IMG/VR virus record: IMGVR_UViG_3300012986_000064
Location: 1-63,449 of that record
Direction: 5' to 3' (one strand)
Source: a virus
Lineage: Duplodnaviria; Caudoviricetes
DNA length: 63,449 nt
The position numbers were made by a program, and so were the translations under genes. This document shows, piece by piece, positions 45,650 through 55,861 of the stretch. Below the pieces are notes generated by a model that had not been told where the DNA came from, made no database searches, and worked only from the letters and a program-made list of their open reading frames with translations. Within the stretch, counting starts at the first letter, position 1; every line of letters begins with the position of its first letter.

Positions 45650-46305
45650 TATGCTGCTATGGGATAAAGTTTTCCGTTGTCGAGTCGCACCCCATCAATG
45701 ACGCCTTCACGAATCAGCTTTGATAAGGCAGCAGTACCGCTGGGGATGCTGGCGTAGTGGTGGTCTATGGCTTTCAGTGCTTCTTTCAAGCTGATGCCTG
45801 GCCGGCCAGATATGTACCGCGTAAGGCGTTGCACAGTGCTTTGGAAGCGGGTAAAATGCCCTCCGTGGTTACTACCTGCTGCGCACCACGTTTTTTGCTC
45901 CTCATGTAGATGCACCGTCCCAGGGCGCCGGTTGAGCTTTGGAGCAATGTCCTGTTTCACTTGGTGCTCTTCGCCACCGTGACGCGGGATTAGACGCAAC
46001 ACACCAAAGCCAAGCTTCTGGGCTATGTCATGTGCTAACGCCCAATTGCGTGGGGTAGCGAAAGGCAGCCGCGCTGGGGCTGGAATGGCAATGCTGCTGA
46101 AATGAAACCAGGCTGCGTTCCGATATGCTTGGTCCATTACTGCCAGGTTGAGCTGCGTCTTAACCTCAATCGCCCACCGGACGGCGCCACGCACGGCTAC
46201 AATGTCGGCTCGCCCCTGTGGCGTTGCAACTTCCTGGTATACTTCCCACCCTCCGACGGTTAGCCATTCGACAACGGCTCGGGCTAAAAGCTGTTCAGAG
46301 TTCAT
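45649..46305 (-). CDS. PD-(D/E)XK nuclease-like protein
   Basis: YQEV...RADIVA...IEVK. Confidence 0.7.
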   Translation of the reverse strand: MNSEQLLARAVVEWLTVGGWEVYQEVATPQGRADIVAVRGAVRWAIEVKTQLNLAVMDQAYRNAAWFHFSSIAIPAPARLPFATPRNWALAHDIAQKLGFGVLRLIPRHGGEEHQVKQDIAPKLNRRPGTVHLHEEQKTWCAAGSNHGGHFTRFQSTVQRLTRYISGRPGISLKEALKAIDHHYASIPSGTAALSKLIREGVIDGVRLDNGKLYPIAA

Positions 46306-46484
46306 AGTTTTCGCAGTTGGCGAGCCAGCACCACGTGCCGGCCCTGGGTTTCAAATTCCACTAGCATGTTGCTGTTGCGGCCCCGGATGCACTTGCCGGC
46401 GCTGTTGAGCACGGCCGTGCAGGGCTGGTCCTTCAGGGCGACCGACGTAAGCCGGTCGCCCAAGTAGAGGTAGCGCTTACCCAT
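46302..46484 (-). CDS. Hypothetical 60-aa protein
   Basis: Overlaps both neighbours. Confidence 0.6.
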   Translation of the reverse strand: MGKRYLYLGDRLTSVALKDQPCTAVLNSAGKCIRGRNSNMLVEFETQGRHVVLARQLRKL

Positions 46485-47289
46485 GACTCACCGGCGCTTT
46501 GCGTAGCCCATGCTGCTCATAGCGGACCTCTTGCCCATCAGCCCACGCAACCACGTCTCCGACGGCCTGTGCCTGCGTGGGGTGGGCCTGGCCCGTCGCG
46601 GTACCGGCGGCGTTCTTGCCGAAGTAGCGCAGCTGGGGCGCCTCGCTGGGGCGGGCAGTGTTGATGCACTGCACGGTGCCGATGGGTTCGCCCTGACGGT
46701 AGATTATGGTGTGCGTATCAGGGTGACGCAGGACCGTGTAGGAGAGTGAAGGCACTACTGGGCTTTGCTCGGCTAGTATCCTGTCAATGGTTGTCAGGTT
46801 GATACAGTTGGGCACGCCCCGCGTCGCCATTGTGCGTATGGTAGCCAGTTTGGCTTCGGCGGTATCAGCCCGCACTTCAGCAGTCGCCAGTTTATCTGCC
46901 AACGTAATGATGCGGTTGCGGGCCAGCACGACAACCATTTCGTGGTCCAAATCGCTCCGGCTTAGCATCCGAACCTTGTCGGCAACCTGCGCATGGGACA
47001 GCTCGGGCAGCATCATGCCATTGTGCTTCACAATGCTATCAAATCGGTCTAGCCGGTCGTTGGCCTGCTTCAGTTGAGCCAGCAGCTCAATTAGGTAGGT
47101 GCGGTAGGTCGCACGTTCCAGCGGCGCAGCATCGGTATCATTCACCCATGCCTGAATCTCGTTGCGGCGGGCGGCACACCAAGCGGCTGGCATTGGGTGC
47201 TGGGTATGGTAGGGGGCTTGGTTCTCAGACATGGAATTGTGGCGTTTTTGGTCGGTGAATGGGTTCTTTAGATTGTGGCAGGTACTCAT
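46477..47289 (-). CDS. Hypothetical protein
   Basis: ATGA overlap with the upstream gene; alternative start 47232. Confidence 0.6.
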   Translation of the reverse strand: MSTCHNLKNPFTDQKRHNSMSENQAPYHTQHPMPAAWCAARRNEIQAWVNDTDAAPLERATYRTYLIELLAQLKQANDRLDRFDSIVKHNGMMLPELSHAQVADKVRMLSRSDLDHEMVVVLARNRIITLADKLATAEVRADTAEAKLATIRTMATRGVPNCINLTTIDRILAEQSPVVPSLSYTVLRHPDTHTIIYRQGEPIGTVQCINTARPSEAPQLRYFGKNAAGTATGQAHPTQAQAVGDVVAWADGQEVRYEQHGLRKAPVSHG

Positions 47290-48272
47290 GCCGCCACCTC
47301 CTGTCCTTGTTGGGGCACCTGGTCCCACGTGCGGCCGCCCAGGTCACGGCCGGCGGCATGCTTGCCTAGCTTCACCGATACTACCCCGCCGGGCCAGTTG
47401 TACCAATCGGTGCGGCCTTTGGCGCCAATTCCGTCCGGCTTGGGCTCCGTTGGATAGAAGGGCTTGTACTCGCCCCACTGCTTGAAAAAGAAGCTCACCC
47501 CCGCCGCGGTGCATTGGTCGCGCAGGTTCCGGGCCCAGTCGGAGTGCATCGGCCGGGCACCGGGGCCGCTCTCGCCACCGACGATTACCCAGTTGATGTG
47601 TGGGGCAAACACGGAAGCACGACGCAAGCAATTCAGCCGGCGTTCACCATTTGAAAGGGGCAGTGTTGTTAAGTCTACCGGCCCCAACAGCGGCTCGCAG
47701 CTCAGGAAGCGCACGGCCGCTGGCGCGGCCAGCAGGTGCGGAATGCGCAGGTCGGCCTGCTCCTGGTTTTCCACCGACGTGCCCAGCCAGACGTTGGCGG
47801 GCGGGCAGCCGTTTATCCAAGCTTCTGCCCATTCTACGAATGACATATCAAGCTCTGCATCACTCCAGGTCGGAGTTGTTTCAAATGAGCGAAGCGCCGG
47901 TACAATATTCTCCGGCCGCTTCGTGAGCAGCAGCCAGTCCAGGTGCGGCGTATCGTAGATGAGGCGCAGCAGGCGCAGGCGCGGGGCGTGCAGCTCGGCT
48001 CGGTCTTCGAACACATCAGCCAACGAAGCGCAGAAAACACGGTGGCGTTGGCCAGCGGCCTGGGCCAGCTGGTTCCATTTCAGTGGCTGCTTCCATTGCG
48101 CCTCGGCGGCCACTACACGGGTGCCATTGTCGCCCCAGATGCCCAGCACGCCGGGGTTGCGCTTGCTCAGGGTTTCGGCGTAGCAGTTTTTGCACCCAGC
48201 CGAAACTTTGGTGCACCCGCGCCAGGGGTTGAAGGTGTGGTCAGTCCACTCGATGTTGCTATTCTCAGCCAT
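47286..48272 (-). CDS. Gp37Gp68 (DUF5131) family protein
   Basis: IEWTDHTFNPWRGCTKVSAGCKNCYAE, LLTKRP, SCEPLL, WVIVGGESG, FFFKQWG. Confidence 0.95.
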   Translation of the reverse strand: MAENSNIEWTDHTFNPWRGCTKVSAGCKNCYAETLSKRNPGVLGIWGDNGTRVVAAEAQWKQPLKWNQLAQAAGQRHRVFCASLADVFEDRAELHAPRLRLLRLIYDTPHLDWLLLTKRPENIVPALRSFETTPTWSDAELDMSFVEWAEAWINGCPPANVWLGTSVENQEQADLRIPHLLAAPAAVRFLSCEPLLGPVDLTTLPLSNGERRLNCLRRASVFAPHINWVIVGGESGPGARPMHSDWARNLRDQCTAAGVSFFFKQWGEYKPFYPTEPKPDGIGAKGRTDWYNWPGGVVSVKLGKHAAGRDLGGRTWDQVPQQGQEVAA

Positions 48273-49467
48273 TGGTAAGGGCGCCCACCTGCGCGGGCAT
48301 TTCGGGTTGGGGTGTAGGAATCGGGTACAGCAGGTAATCGTCGTACTTCTTGCTCACTTTCCGGTAAGCCGGGCGCACCTGGTCAGCTTCTTTGGGCTTC
48401 AGCTTGTGGTCGCGCACCAGCGCCGTTTTGGAGCAATAGCCTTCCACATAGTCATGTGTGTAGGGTACATAATCCACACCGAGCACCAGCTTGCGCAGGC
48501 TGTAGAGCGGGGTGAGGTAGTTGCCGTATTGGCTGCGGGGGAAGTCCTCGTCTTTCTGCCACATGGCCACCGGCTGCAGCTGGTCGTCGGGTTTTAGCAG
48601 GTACACATTCTCCCGGCTGACCAGGTGCTTCGGGCGGGGTGGGTGTTCAGCCTGGCCGTAGCGGCGCAGCTTCAGCAACTTGCCGTACCGGTTCCATACC
48701 GTCACCGGGTAGCCGGTCAGGTGCTCGCAGAAGGTGTTAGCCGATGCCTGGGCCCGTAGCTCATCCGGCAGCAGGTCCCGGTCTTCACGCAGGCCCATTG
48801 CGGGATAATGGCGAGCCTCCCACGCTTCATTGCGGGCCTGTGCCGCTTTTGCCACCTCGCGCTGCTCGCGCGCCCACACACCCTCCAAGTACCAATCCAC
48901 CTGCCGCTGCGCCCAGCGTTCGGCCTTCGCAGCCTCCAACCGGGCCCGCTCGGCCGGGTCGGTTAGCCAGGCCCACACGTCGCGGGCGGCATAGCAGTCA
49001 GCCAGAGCTCCGTGCGCTTTGCCGGTCCAGACGTGGCCCACGTGTTCAGTAGCCGTGGCCAGTGACTGCCAGCGGTAGTTGCCGTGGTACTCATTCCACA
49101 CCCGGACCTCGGGGTGCTCGGAGAAAACCAGCATGCAGCAATGCACCGCCGCCGGTGGGCCCAGGGCAAAGGCTTCGCGCAACACGGTGGTGTCGTAGCT
49201 GGCATTGTAAATAACAACTTCCTGCCCGCGGATGAGGTCGGATACCTGCCGTGTTACATAGCCCAGGCACGGTACCGCTTCGTGAAACACATCAGCCGGC
49301 GTAATGCCGTGGATGCGCTGGGCGTCGGGCCAAGACTTCGCCCGCTCGGGCCGCACCAGGGTGTTGAGCAGCACAGTGCCTTGGTCGTTGATGATGGCCA
49401 CCGAAAGGCATTCAGCGGTATCGGGGTATTTCCCGGTGGTTTCGGTGTCGAGTACGAGGTAAGCCAT
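48265..49467 (-). CDS. DEDDh 3'-5' exonuclease with C-terminal extension
   Basis: LDTETTG, YNASYD, HGALADC. Confidence 0.9.
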   Translation of the reverse strand: MAYLVLDTETTGKYPDTAECLSVAIINDQGTVLLNTLVRPERAKSWPDAQRIHGITPADVFHEAVPCLGYVTRQVSDLIRGQEVVIYNASYDTTVLREAFALGPPAAVHCCMLVFSEHPEVRVWNEYHGNYRWQSLATATEHVGHVWTGKAHGALADCYAARDVWAWLTDPAERARLEAAKAERWAQRQVDWYLEGVWAREQREVAKAAQARNEAWEARHYPAMGLREDRDLLPDELRAQASANTFCEHLTGYPVTVWNRYGKLLKLRRYGQAEHPPRPKHLVSRENVYLLKPDDQLQPVAMWQKDEDFPRSQYGNYLTPLYSLRKLVLGVDYVPYTHDYVEGYCSKTALVRDHKLKPKEADQVRPAYRKVSKKYDDYLLYPIPTPQPEMPAQVGALTNG

Positions 49468-49471
49468 GTAC

Positions 49472-49717
49472 TTAGGGATTAGGTAATGAGAGAGGCTGTA
49501 ATGCTTCGCGTGCTTCGGCGCTGCCCTGTGCTTCCCGACGCTGCAGCTCGGCAATGGCCCGCTTGCGCAGGTCCAGCTGGGTAGGGGTGGAGCCCGGCCC
49601 GTAGAGCTTGACGATGTGGGCCAGCGTGCGCACGGGGTACACCCGCAGGTTGCCAATGTGCTGGTAGAAGCGCCAATAGGTCGCTTCGGGGGTGCGGTGA
49701 AGGGAGCGTAGTTCCAT
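49472..49717 (-). CDS. Hypothetical protein (81 aa)
   Basis: Operon packing. Confidence 0.55.
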   Translation of the reverse strand: MELRSLHRTPEATYWRFYQHIGNLRVYPVRTLAHIVKLYGPGSTPTQLDLRKRAIAELQRREAQGSAEAREALQPLSLPNP

Positions 49718-49721
49718 GGGT

Positions 49722-50867
49722 TCAGGCGCGGCGGCTCTCGCCGATGAAGGGAATGATGTTGCAGAGCTCTTCCAGCCGGTTCACGGCCCGCTCGCCGTAT
49801 CGCTCTTCCCAGCTGGGCATGTTGGCCGGCAGGTCCTTGGTGCGGTACAGCGGATTGTTACTGCTCAGGTGGGTGGCCCAGCGGGGTAGTATGCCATCCT
49901 GGTAGCGCTTGTAGCGGCCGAGTATCAGCTTCGCCATGGGGGCGTCGGGATTGCCGAAGTCCTTCACGGTTTTTTCCTCGGTGCATACATCGTCGATGCA
50001 CAGGTGGCGTCCGTCGCGGCCGCACAAGGCCTGCTGGGCTTTCAGGCCCGCTTCCCCGGCGCGGTAGGCCGCTTCAACCTGCTCCGCTGTCAGCAGCCGA
50101 AATGGCCGGATGGGGTTGGCGGCGAAGGTGCGCAGCAGCAGCGTTTTGCCGACGCCCACCGGCCCGAGCAGGGCCAGGCCCTTGTGAATGCTGAGCCCAC
50201 GCAGCGCAATGGGTTCGTTGAACTCCCGCAGGGCCGTCGCTTCCACGCGCCGGGCCTGGGCCAGAAACCCCGCCTCATCCCCGGCGAAGTAGTACACCAG
50301 CAGGTCGAACAGGTCCGCGGCGTATTGGCTGGCGAAGCCGTAGGGCTTGGGCGGCATGAGGGCAGCGGTGAGCCGGCGCCCGTTATCGAGTGCCCAGTTG
50401 GCCAGGCGGCCCACGTCCCACGGCTGGGCCGGCAGTTCACGTGCAGCGGTATCGGCGGCCAGCTGCTGAGCGAGCACCCAGGCGGCGTGCTGGTCGCCCC
50501 ACACCTGCCGCTGCATTAGCTGCAAGGCCTCGGCTGCTTCTTCCGGCGTCAGCTCCACCTGGTCGCGGGGCGGCAGGGGCGGCGGCTCGGTGGTGCTGGT
50601 TTCCCGGCGCACGTTGTGCCAGGTGTCGGTTTCCGGGTCGTGCACCAAGTCGCAGTTCAGGCGCTGCCAGCTGACATGGGCGCGGTACAGTTCGCCCCAC
50701 TTGCGGCCCCGGGCCCTGTGCAGGGCCTCTTCGGCCTGCAGGGGCGTCAGCTCTACCTCATCCAGCTGCGGCGGCGGAGTCGCGAGCGGTGTAGGCGGAG
50801 CCGGAGAGGCGGCTGACGCGGCTGGCTGCCGCAGCGCTGCTAGTGCTGTTCCGATGTGAAGTCCCAT
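49722..50867 (-). CDS. DnaC/IstB-like helicase-loader ATPase
   Basis: GPVGVGKT, LCIDD, SSN, RYGERAVNRL...GESRR. Confidence 0.85.
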   Translation of the reverse strand: MGLHIGTALAALRQPAASAASPAPPTPLATPPPQLDEVELTPLQAEEALHRARGRKWGELYRAHVSWQRLNCDLVHDPETDTWHNVRRETSTTEPPPLPPRDQVELTPEEAAEALQLMQRQVWGDQHAAWVLAQQLAADTAARELPAQPWDVGRLANWALDNGRRLTAALMPPKPYGFASQYAADLFDLLVYYFAGDEAGFLAQARRVEATALREFNEPIALRGLSIHKGLALLGPVGVGKTLLLRTFAANPIRPFRLLTAEQVEAAYRAGEAGLKAQQALCGRDGRHLCIDDVCTEEKTVKDFGNPDAPMAKLILGRYKRYQDGILPRWATHLSSNNPLYRTKDLPANMPSWEERYGERAVNRLEELCNIIPFIGESRRA

Positions 50868-51717
50868 GGGTGTGCGTTTGAAGGAAGGTGGCGTATTTGG
50901 TGGCCCAGTCGAGTTCGTTCCATGCACCATCGGCATACTCGCGGGCCTCCGAGCCGAGGTAGGTTTTCCAGGAATGCAGCTGCTCGTCGCGCTGCTTTTT
51001 GTAGTCGCGGTAAGCGATGAATTGGGCGGTCAGCTGTTCGCCCTTGCCGGCGGCGAAGAGGGTTTTCACGAAGCGCAGCACCCGCATTTGGGCATCGGCC
51101 TGCAGGTGGCCCAGTCCCCAGAGCCCGTACATGCCGGCGGCCAGCTCGCGGGCCTGGGGTTCCCAGTCCGGCTGGGTGGGGGGGGCGGCCGCAACGGGGG
51201 GGGCTTCGGGGTGGGCGGCGGCCAGCGCGGAATTTTCAGCCGCTGACCCCTCTATTTTTTTTTGTTCACCCACCCTGAGGGGCTGGGGTGTAGATTCTGA
51301 ACGAAGTGAAGAATCTATTTCTTTTCCTTTCTTTTCTTTTCCTTTCTTAGCATTGCTTTCGCTATGCGTTCGCATTGCGTCCGCATTTTGCCAACGCTTA
51401 GCGGCTGATTCAGCGGCTTTTAAGCTCTTGCCTTTTCGGCGTTCCAAGCGGATAAGTGCGCTGTTGCTCCAGAACTTTTCCCCGTCATTTTCGAACAGGC
51501 CGAAGTCGTGAATAAGCGACTGCAGCAGGTTGCTTTCGGTGCGCAATGCGAACGCATAGCTATCGCATTCCGAAAGCATCAGGTAGCCGTCCTGCTCGTA
51601 GAGCATTTCAATAATGTCCCAGTACACGCCTTTGCCGGCCTGGCCCAGGCGCATAAGCACCTTGATTAGTTTGGGGTCGTTGCGGGCGCCCTCGTCGTGT
51701 GAAAAGAAGTTTTTCAT
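50758..51717 (-). CDS. Replication initiator, DUF4373 (Lin1244/Lin1753-like) N-terminus
   Basis: FFSHDEGARNDPKL...G.GVYW.IIEML; upstream of the loader. Confidence 0.85.
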   Translation of the reverse strand: MKNFFSHDEGARNDPKLIKVLMRLGQAGKGVYWDIIEMLYEQDGYLMLSECDSYAFALRTESNLLQSLIHDFGLFENDGEKFWSNSALIRLERRKGKSLKAAESAAKRWQNADAMRTHSESNAKKGKEKKGKEIDSSLRSESTPQPLRVGEQKKIEGSAAENSALAAAHPEAPPVAAAPPTQPDWEPQARELAAGMYGLWGLGHLQADAQMRVLRFVKTLFAAGKGEQLTAQFIAYRDYKKQRDEQLHSWKTYLGSEAREYADGAWNELDWATKYATFLQTHTHGTSHRNSTSSAAAASRVSRLSGSAYTARDSAAAAG

Positions 51718-52184
51718 TGTTTTTCGGAGGCTAGCAGGGCCCGGAATTCTTCGGCCGACTTATCCCGCTTTCTGCGGTTGCATTTGAGGCAGGCCGTGGT
51801 CAGGTTGTCGTAAGCATTGGTGCCGCCCTTGGACACCGGCTGGATGTGGTCGACTTCAAGCACCCCTCCACGCTGGCCGCAGTAGGCACAGGTGTAGTCA
51901 TCGCGCTGGAAAATGTCGGCCCGTATCTTCTGCCACAGTTTGATGTCGATGTTGTACAGCCGCACGGGGTTGCGCTCAATCTCCTTGCGGTAAGCCAGGT
52001 AGCCTTCGAAGTCGGCTACTCCGAAGCCATACTGCTTATAGCTCCAGCGTGCGGCACGTAGGATGAAGTCTGGCGCATTGTATTTGGCCAGGGCTGGGTC
52101 GGCTGCTATTCGTTTTTCAATGATGAGCCGATTGGCATTGATTGCCATTGCCTTGTCTAAGGCTGGGTTGTCTCCAAATGCCAT
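51714..52184 (-). CDS. HNH endonuclease
   Basis: RDDYTCAYCG...VDHIQP...NLTTACLKCN. Confidence 0.9.
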   Translation of the reverse strand: MAFGDNPALDKAMAINANRLIIEKRIAADPALAKYNAPDFILRAARWSYKQYGFGVADFEGYLAYRKEIERNPVRLYNIDIKLWQKIRADIFQRDDYTCAYCGQRGGVLEVDHIQPVSKGGTNAYDNLTTACLKCNRRKRDKSAEEFRALLASEKQ

Positions 52185-52188
52185 GGTT

Positions 52189-53256
52189 TTAGTGTGTCGT
52201 TAAGGTTCCCGCCATTACCGCATCGCGCAGCTCCTTGGCGCGGCCCGTTACGGGCAGCTCCGTGAGGCTCCAGCCGTTTTTGAAGGTGGCGTTGCCCAGC
52301 ACCTCCAGCTGAATCAGGTGGGCGTATAGCTCCGGGTTGTGCTGGGCCCCGTTGAGCAGGTCGTTTTTGCTGCCCAGCACGCAGAAGGCACAGCTCAGGC
52401 GCTCGTTGCCGAACACGTAGGCTGGGTGCGCTGGCCAGCCAGCTAGGGCCTCTTCTACCTGCCCGGCTTTGTAGAGGGCCTGCCGCCGGCGCAGGTCGGC
52501 CAGGGTGGTGCCGCAGGCCTGCCAGATTTCCTCTGTATTCCAGTGAAAGAGTGGCCGCCAGTTCAGGGCCACCCGTTGGCCAGGCTGGCGAGCCGCCAGC
52601 GCCTGAGCGGGCTCCATCGCCGACAGGTTGCGGGTCGGGTCGATGCTGTCGGCCGTGATGCCGGCGCGTAGCTCAACCACGTGCTTCTTTGCCCGCGCAC
52701 TGGATTCATCGGCCCGCACGCCTTCGGCCGATATAACTACCTCGGCTGAGCGCAGGGCCGTATCAATCGGCCCCCGCTTCAGGTCGGAGGTGCAGTAGCG
52801 GCTGGCTGACGAAGGCCAGAACGGGGCCGGGTTGCGCAGGGCGGTATCAATCGGCCCGCCCTTCAGGTGGCTGGTGCAGTAGCGGTTTTTGGCATCGGGC
52901 CAGAAAACGGTATCGGTGCCCGCTACCGTGGCCAGCCGCTCTTCGAAGCGGGCAATCAGGTCGCCTTTGGGCCGGCGCACCACGAGCAGGGGCAAGGCCA
53001 CTTCGGCCGCAATGCGTTCCACCAGGGCTGCCGTCTGGGGCCACTCGGCCCGGCCCAGGTCGGCATGCACGATGTACTGCCGGCCGGGGTAGCCCTGCGC
53101 CCGGAACCAGGCCGCGCCCACGTTCACCAGCGCATGAGAGTCTTTCCCACCGCTGAGGCTCCAGGCACAGTCAGCACCAGCGCGCAGGGCCTCATCAATC
53201 ACCGCGGGCACTGCCAGGGTAGGCGTGGGCCGGGGAAATAAGTCGAACTGGCTCAT
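52189..53256 (-). CDS. PAPS-reductase family protein with internal duplication
   Basis: SLSGGKDS PP-loop, GVRADES..RA, RLSCAFC. Confidence 0.85.
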   Translation of the reverse strand: MSQFDLFPRPTPTLAVPAVIDEALRAGADCAWSLSGGKDSHALVNVGAAWFRAQGYPGRQYIVHADLGRAEWPQTAALVERIAAEVALPLLVVRRPKGDLIARFEERLATVAGTDTVFWPDAKNRYCTSHLKGGPIDTALRNPAPFWPSSASRYCTSDLKRGPIDTALRSAEVVISAEGVRADESSARAKKHVVELRAGITADSIDPTRNLSAMEPAQALAARQPGQRVALNWRPLFHWNTEEIWQACGTTLADLRRRQALYKAGQVEEALAGWPAHPAYVFGNERLSCAFCVLGSKNDLLNGAQHNPELYAHLIQLEVLGNATFKNGWSLTELPVTGRAKELRDAVMAGTLTTH

Positions 53257-53933
53257 GCCGCTTGCTTTTGCTGGTTGATGTAAGCTTCCCAGGTGCGGCG
53301 CCCGCCCAGGTTGTAGGCCTGCCGCTCCGGGTGATTCGCGGGCAGCTTCTTGATGTAGGCCACCGAGCCGGGGCCCTGGTCGGCTTCGTCGTGTTTGTCG
53401 CGCTTGCCCTTCTGGGCGTTCAGGTTCGGGGTGCCGGCGTCCTTTTTTTGGGGCGGGGCTACCACGGGCCGGGCGGGTGCGGGCTTCGCAACTACTACTG
53501 GCTTTGCCGCCACAGGCCCAGGTGCTGGTGACCGGCGCTCAGGCTTGGGCTCCGGTGCCGGTTTGCGCTCAACTACCCGGGCGATACCCAGGGTGCTGGC
53601 TTTCTTGGCCACCGTGCCGGCGCTGCGGCCCACCTGGTTGGCCACATAAGCAGCCCCATGAATAGGGTAGTCCCGTGCCAGGATTTCCAACTGCTCGGCG
53701 CTCCACACGCTCACGGCCCTGCGAAGCGGGGGATTTTGCTTGCTGGCCTGCTCTTCAATGGCTGTTTTATTGCGGGCCGGCAGCGCGGCTAGCAGTTCCT
53801 CCCACGTGGCGCCGGGGGAGAGCTGGTGCAGCAGCTGCAGCTCGTGTTCCGACCAGGGCCGGCCGGTCGAGTGCAGCGGGCGCGTAGTTTCTTTAACGCG
53901 CTGGGCGGGGCGGGTAGCGGGCTGGCTCAGCAT
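53253..53933 (-). CDS. SANT/Myb-like repeat DNA-binding protein
   Basis: WSEHELQLL / WSAEQLEIL repeats, Pro-rich linker. Confidence 0.6.
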   Translation of the reverse strand: MLSQPATRPAQRVKETTRPLHSTGRPWSEHELQLLHQLSPGATWEELLAALPARNKTAIEEQASKQNPPLRRAVSVWSAEQLEILARDYPIHGAAYVANQVGRSAGTVAKKASTLGIARVVERKPAPEPKPERRSPAPGPVAAKPVVVAKPAPARPVVAPPQKKDAGTPNLNAQKGKRDKHDEADQGPGSVAYIKKLPANHPERQAYNLGGRRTWEAYINQQKQAA

Positions 53934-55861
53934 GACGCCACCTCCTTTCCAAATAACTCAGTCTGCTCCCAGCGCAGCACCGGCCCCATGCGCAGCGCCG
54001 CCCGCTTCTTGCGTCGGGCAGCGAATAAGCTCGCCTGCATGGCCCGGCCCAGCGCTTCCGCTACCGGCGGGCACACGGCATTGCCCAGCATGGCCTTTTG
54101 CTCGGTGGTGTTGCCCAGCAGCACATAATCAGCCGGGAACCCCATGATGGCTTTTAGCTCCGGCACCTTCAGCATCCGCATTAAGATGTCGGCAATGCCA
54201 AAGCGGCGGCACACGGCCTTGAGCAGCCGCATCGTCACCGAGTCGCCGGCCTTGGGCTGCAGGTGCGGGCAGCCCCGCTGCACCTGCACCACGTACTGGT
54301 GCCGGCGCGAGGCCACCACCGTGCGGCTGGGCTCCTGGTACCCGCGGGGCTGGTTGCTGAACTGCTGGGCAAACAGGAAGCCCTCTGCCTCCACCTTCGC
54401 CACCCGGTCTTTCGTGGTGATGGTGGCACACGGCTGCGACAGGTCGCGGGTACCGCCGTGCCGGTAGTAGGTCATCAGGTACTGATTGCCCGCCGTGCCC
54501 GTCAAGGTGCGAGCAGGCTCACAGGTCGGGAAAGTGCGGCTGGCCTGCGAGCCGGCGCGGGTGCCGTAATTGGAAAACAGCAGCGTAGCTACTGAGAGGT
54601 TGCCCCCGTTGGTCGTCACCGTAGGCGACGGCTGGCACAAGGGCCGCAGCAGCCGGGCGGCCGTGTCGTTGGGCCGGGTGCCGTTGTTTTGAAACAGCAG
54701 CTGGGCCGTTACCATTGCTGCCTTAGGCTTCGTCATCACAGTCGGGCAGGGTACTGAAGCGCCCGATGATTGCCCGCCGCCCTGGTAGTAGTGGCTCAGA
54801 AACTCCGCACTAATCAGCCGGGCGTGAGGGTTGCTGGTCACCGTTGCGCAGGGCGTGCAAACGCTGCTGCTCTGCCCGCCGCCGCTGTAGTAATGGGCCA
54901 GAAACTGCGGCTGCACCAGGGCAAGGCGCTGCTGGCAGGTGATGGTATGGCTCGGCTCATCGATGCCAGGGCCTGGGTTGGGCTTGCCGCTGGGCGAATT
55001 GCTCAGGTACTTGTTAAAGAACGGGGCCGGTGCCTCCGCACCAATGACGTGCTTGCGCAAGCCGGCCAGGATGCGGCGCAGCGACTTATCCTTCAGCGCC
55101 TTTTTTCCCCGCTCTTCGCGGGTAAAGATGCTGTGGCCCCGGTCTTCTAAATCAAGGCAGCTGCGCACGCCTACCCATTTGGGCAAGCCGTAGCGGCCGT
55201 TCACGTCGTGCGTGGGCTTGGGCCATACAATCGGAATGCCGACGCGGGTGAAGATGCCGAAGTACCGGACGCGGCTTTGCGGTACGCCGTAGTCAGCCGC
55301 ATTAATCAGCCGGTACTCGTAGTTAACGAAGCCCATGGCTTTGAGCGTCGCCACCCAGCGTTGATAGTATTCGCCCTTGCGGTTTTTCACCGGCACGAAA
55401 ACCTTTTGCAGCTCGCCGTCCTTGCCGCGCTTGTACACGATGTGGCCCTGCTTGTCGCGCTTTTCTTCGACCGGCCCCCACTGCCGGAACTCCTTCACGT
55501 TTTCCACCATCAGGCAGTTGGCGTTGGAGGTGAGCAGGAACCGGGGCAGCTCTTCGGGCAGGGCGCGCTCCTGCTCATCGCAGCTTTCGCCCCCGCGGGC
55601 AATGCTGTGGTGGGTGCAGCTGGGCGAGGCCCAGATAATGTCCACCTGGGGCAGGTCGTTTTCATCAATCTTCCGCACATCGGCGCAGAAGTGCACCGTG
55701 TGGGGAAAGTTGATTTTATGCGTAGCCACCGCCGTGGGGTTGTGGTTCAGCATGGCTACCACATCGTAGGAGCCGGCGTTGTGAAAGCCAATGGTGTCAC
55801 CACCGCAGCCGCCGTAGTGGCTCTGGCTTTTCAGTTTGGGATATGTGGCCAGGCTAACCAT
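53927..55861 (-). CDS. C5 cytosine DNA methyltransferase with long repetitive variable region
   Basis: Motif I YGGCGG, IV SPSC, VI ENV, VIII QSRVR, IX/X MGFP...GNAV. Confidence 0.9.
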   Translation of the reverse strand: MVSLATYPKLKSQSHYGGCGGDTIGFHNAGSYDVVAMLNHNPTAVATHKINFPHTVHFCADVRKIDENDLPQVDIIWASPSCTHHSIARGGESCDEQERALPEELPRFLLTSNANCLMVENVKEFRQWGPVEEKRDKQGHIVYKRGKDGELQKVFVPVKNRKGEYYQRWVATLKAMGFVNYEYRLINAADYGVPQSRVRYFGIFTRVGIPIVWPKPTHDVNGRYGLPKWVGVRSCLDLEDRGHSIFTREERGKKALKDKSLRRILAGLRKHVIGAEAPAPFFNKYLSNSPSGKPNPGPGIDEPSHTITCQQRLALVQPQFLAHYYSGGGQSSSVCTPCATVTSNPHARLISAEFLSHYYQGGGQSSGASVPCPTVMTKPKAAMVTAQLLFQNNGTRPNDTAARLLRPLCQPSPTVTTNGGNLSVATLLFSNYGTRAGSQASRTFPTCEPARTLTGTAGNQYLMTYYRHGGTRDLSQPCATITTKDRVAKVEAEGFLFAQQFSNQPRGYQEPSRTVVASRRHQYVVQVQRGCPHLQPKAGDSVTMRLLKAVCRRFGIADILMRMLKVPELKAIMGFPADYVLLGNTTEQKAMLGNAVCPPVAEALGRAMQASLFAARRKKRAALRMGPVLRWEQTELFGKEVASC

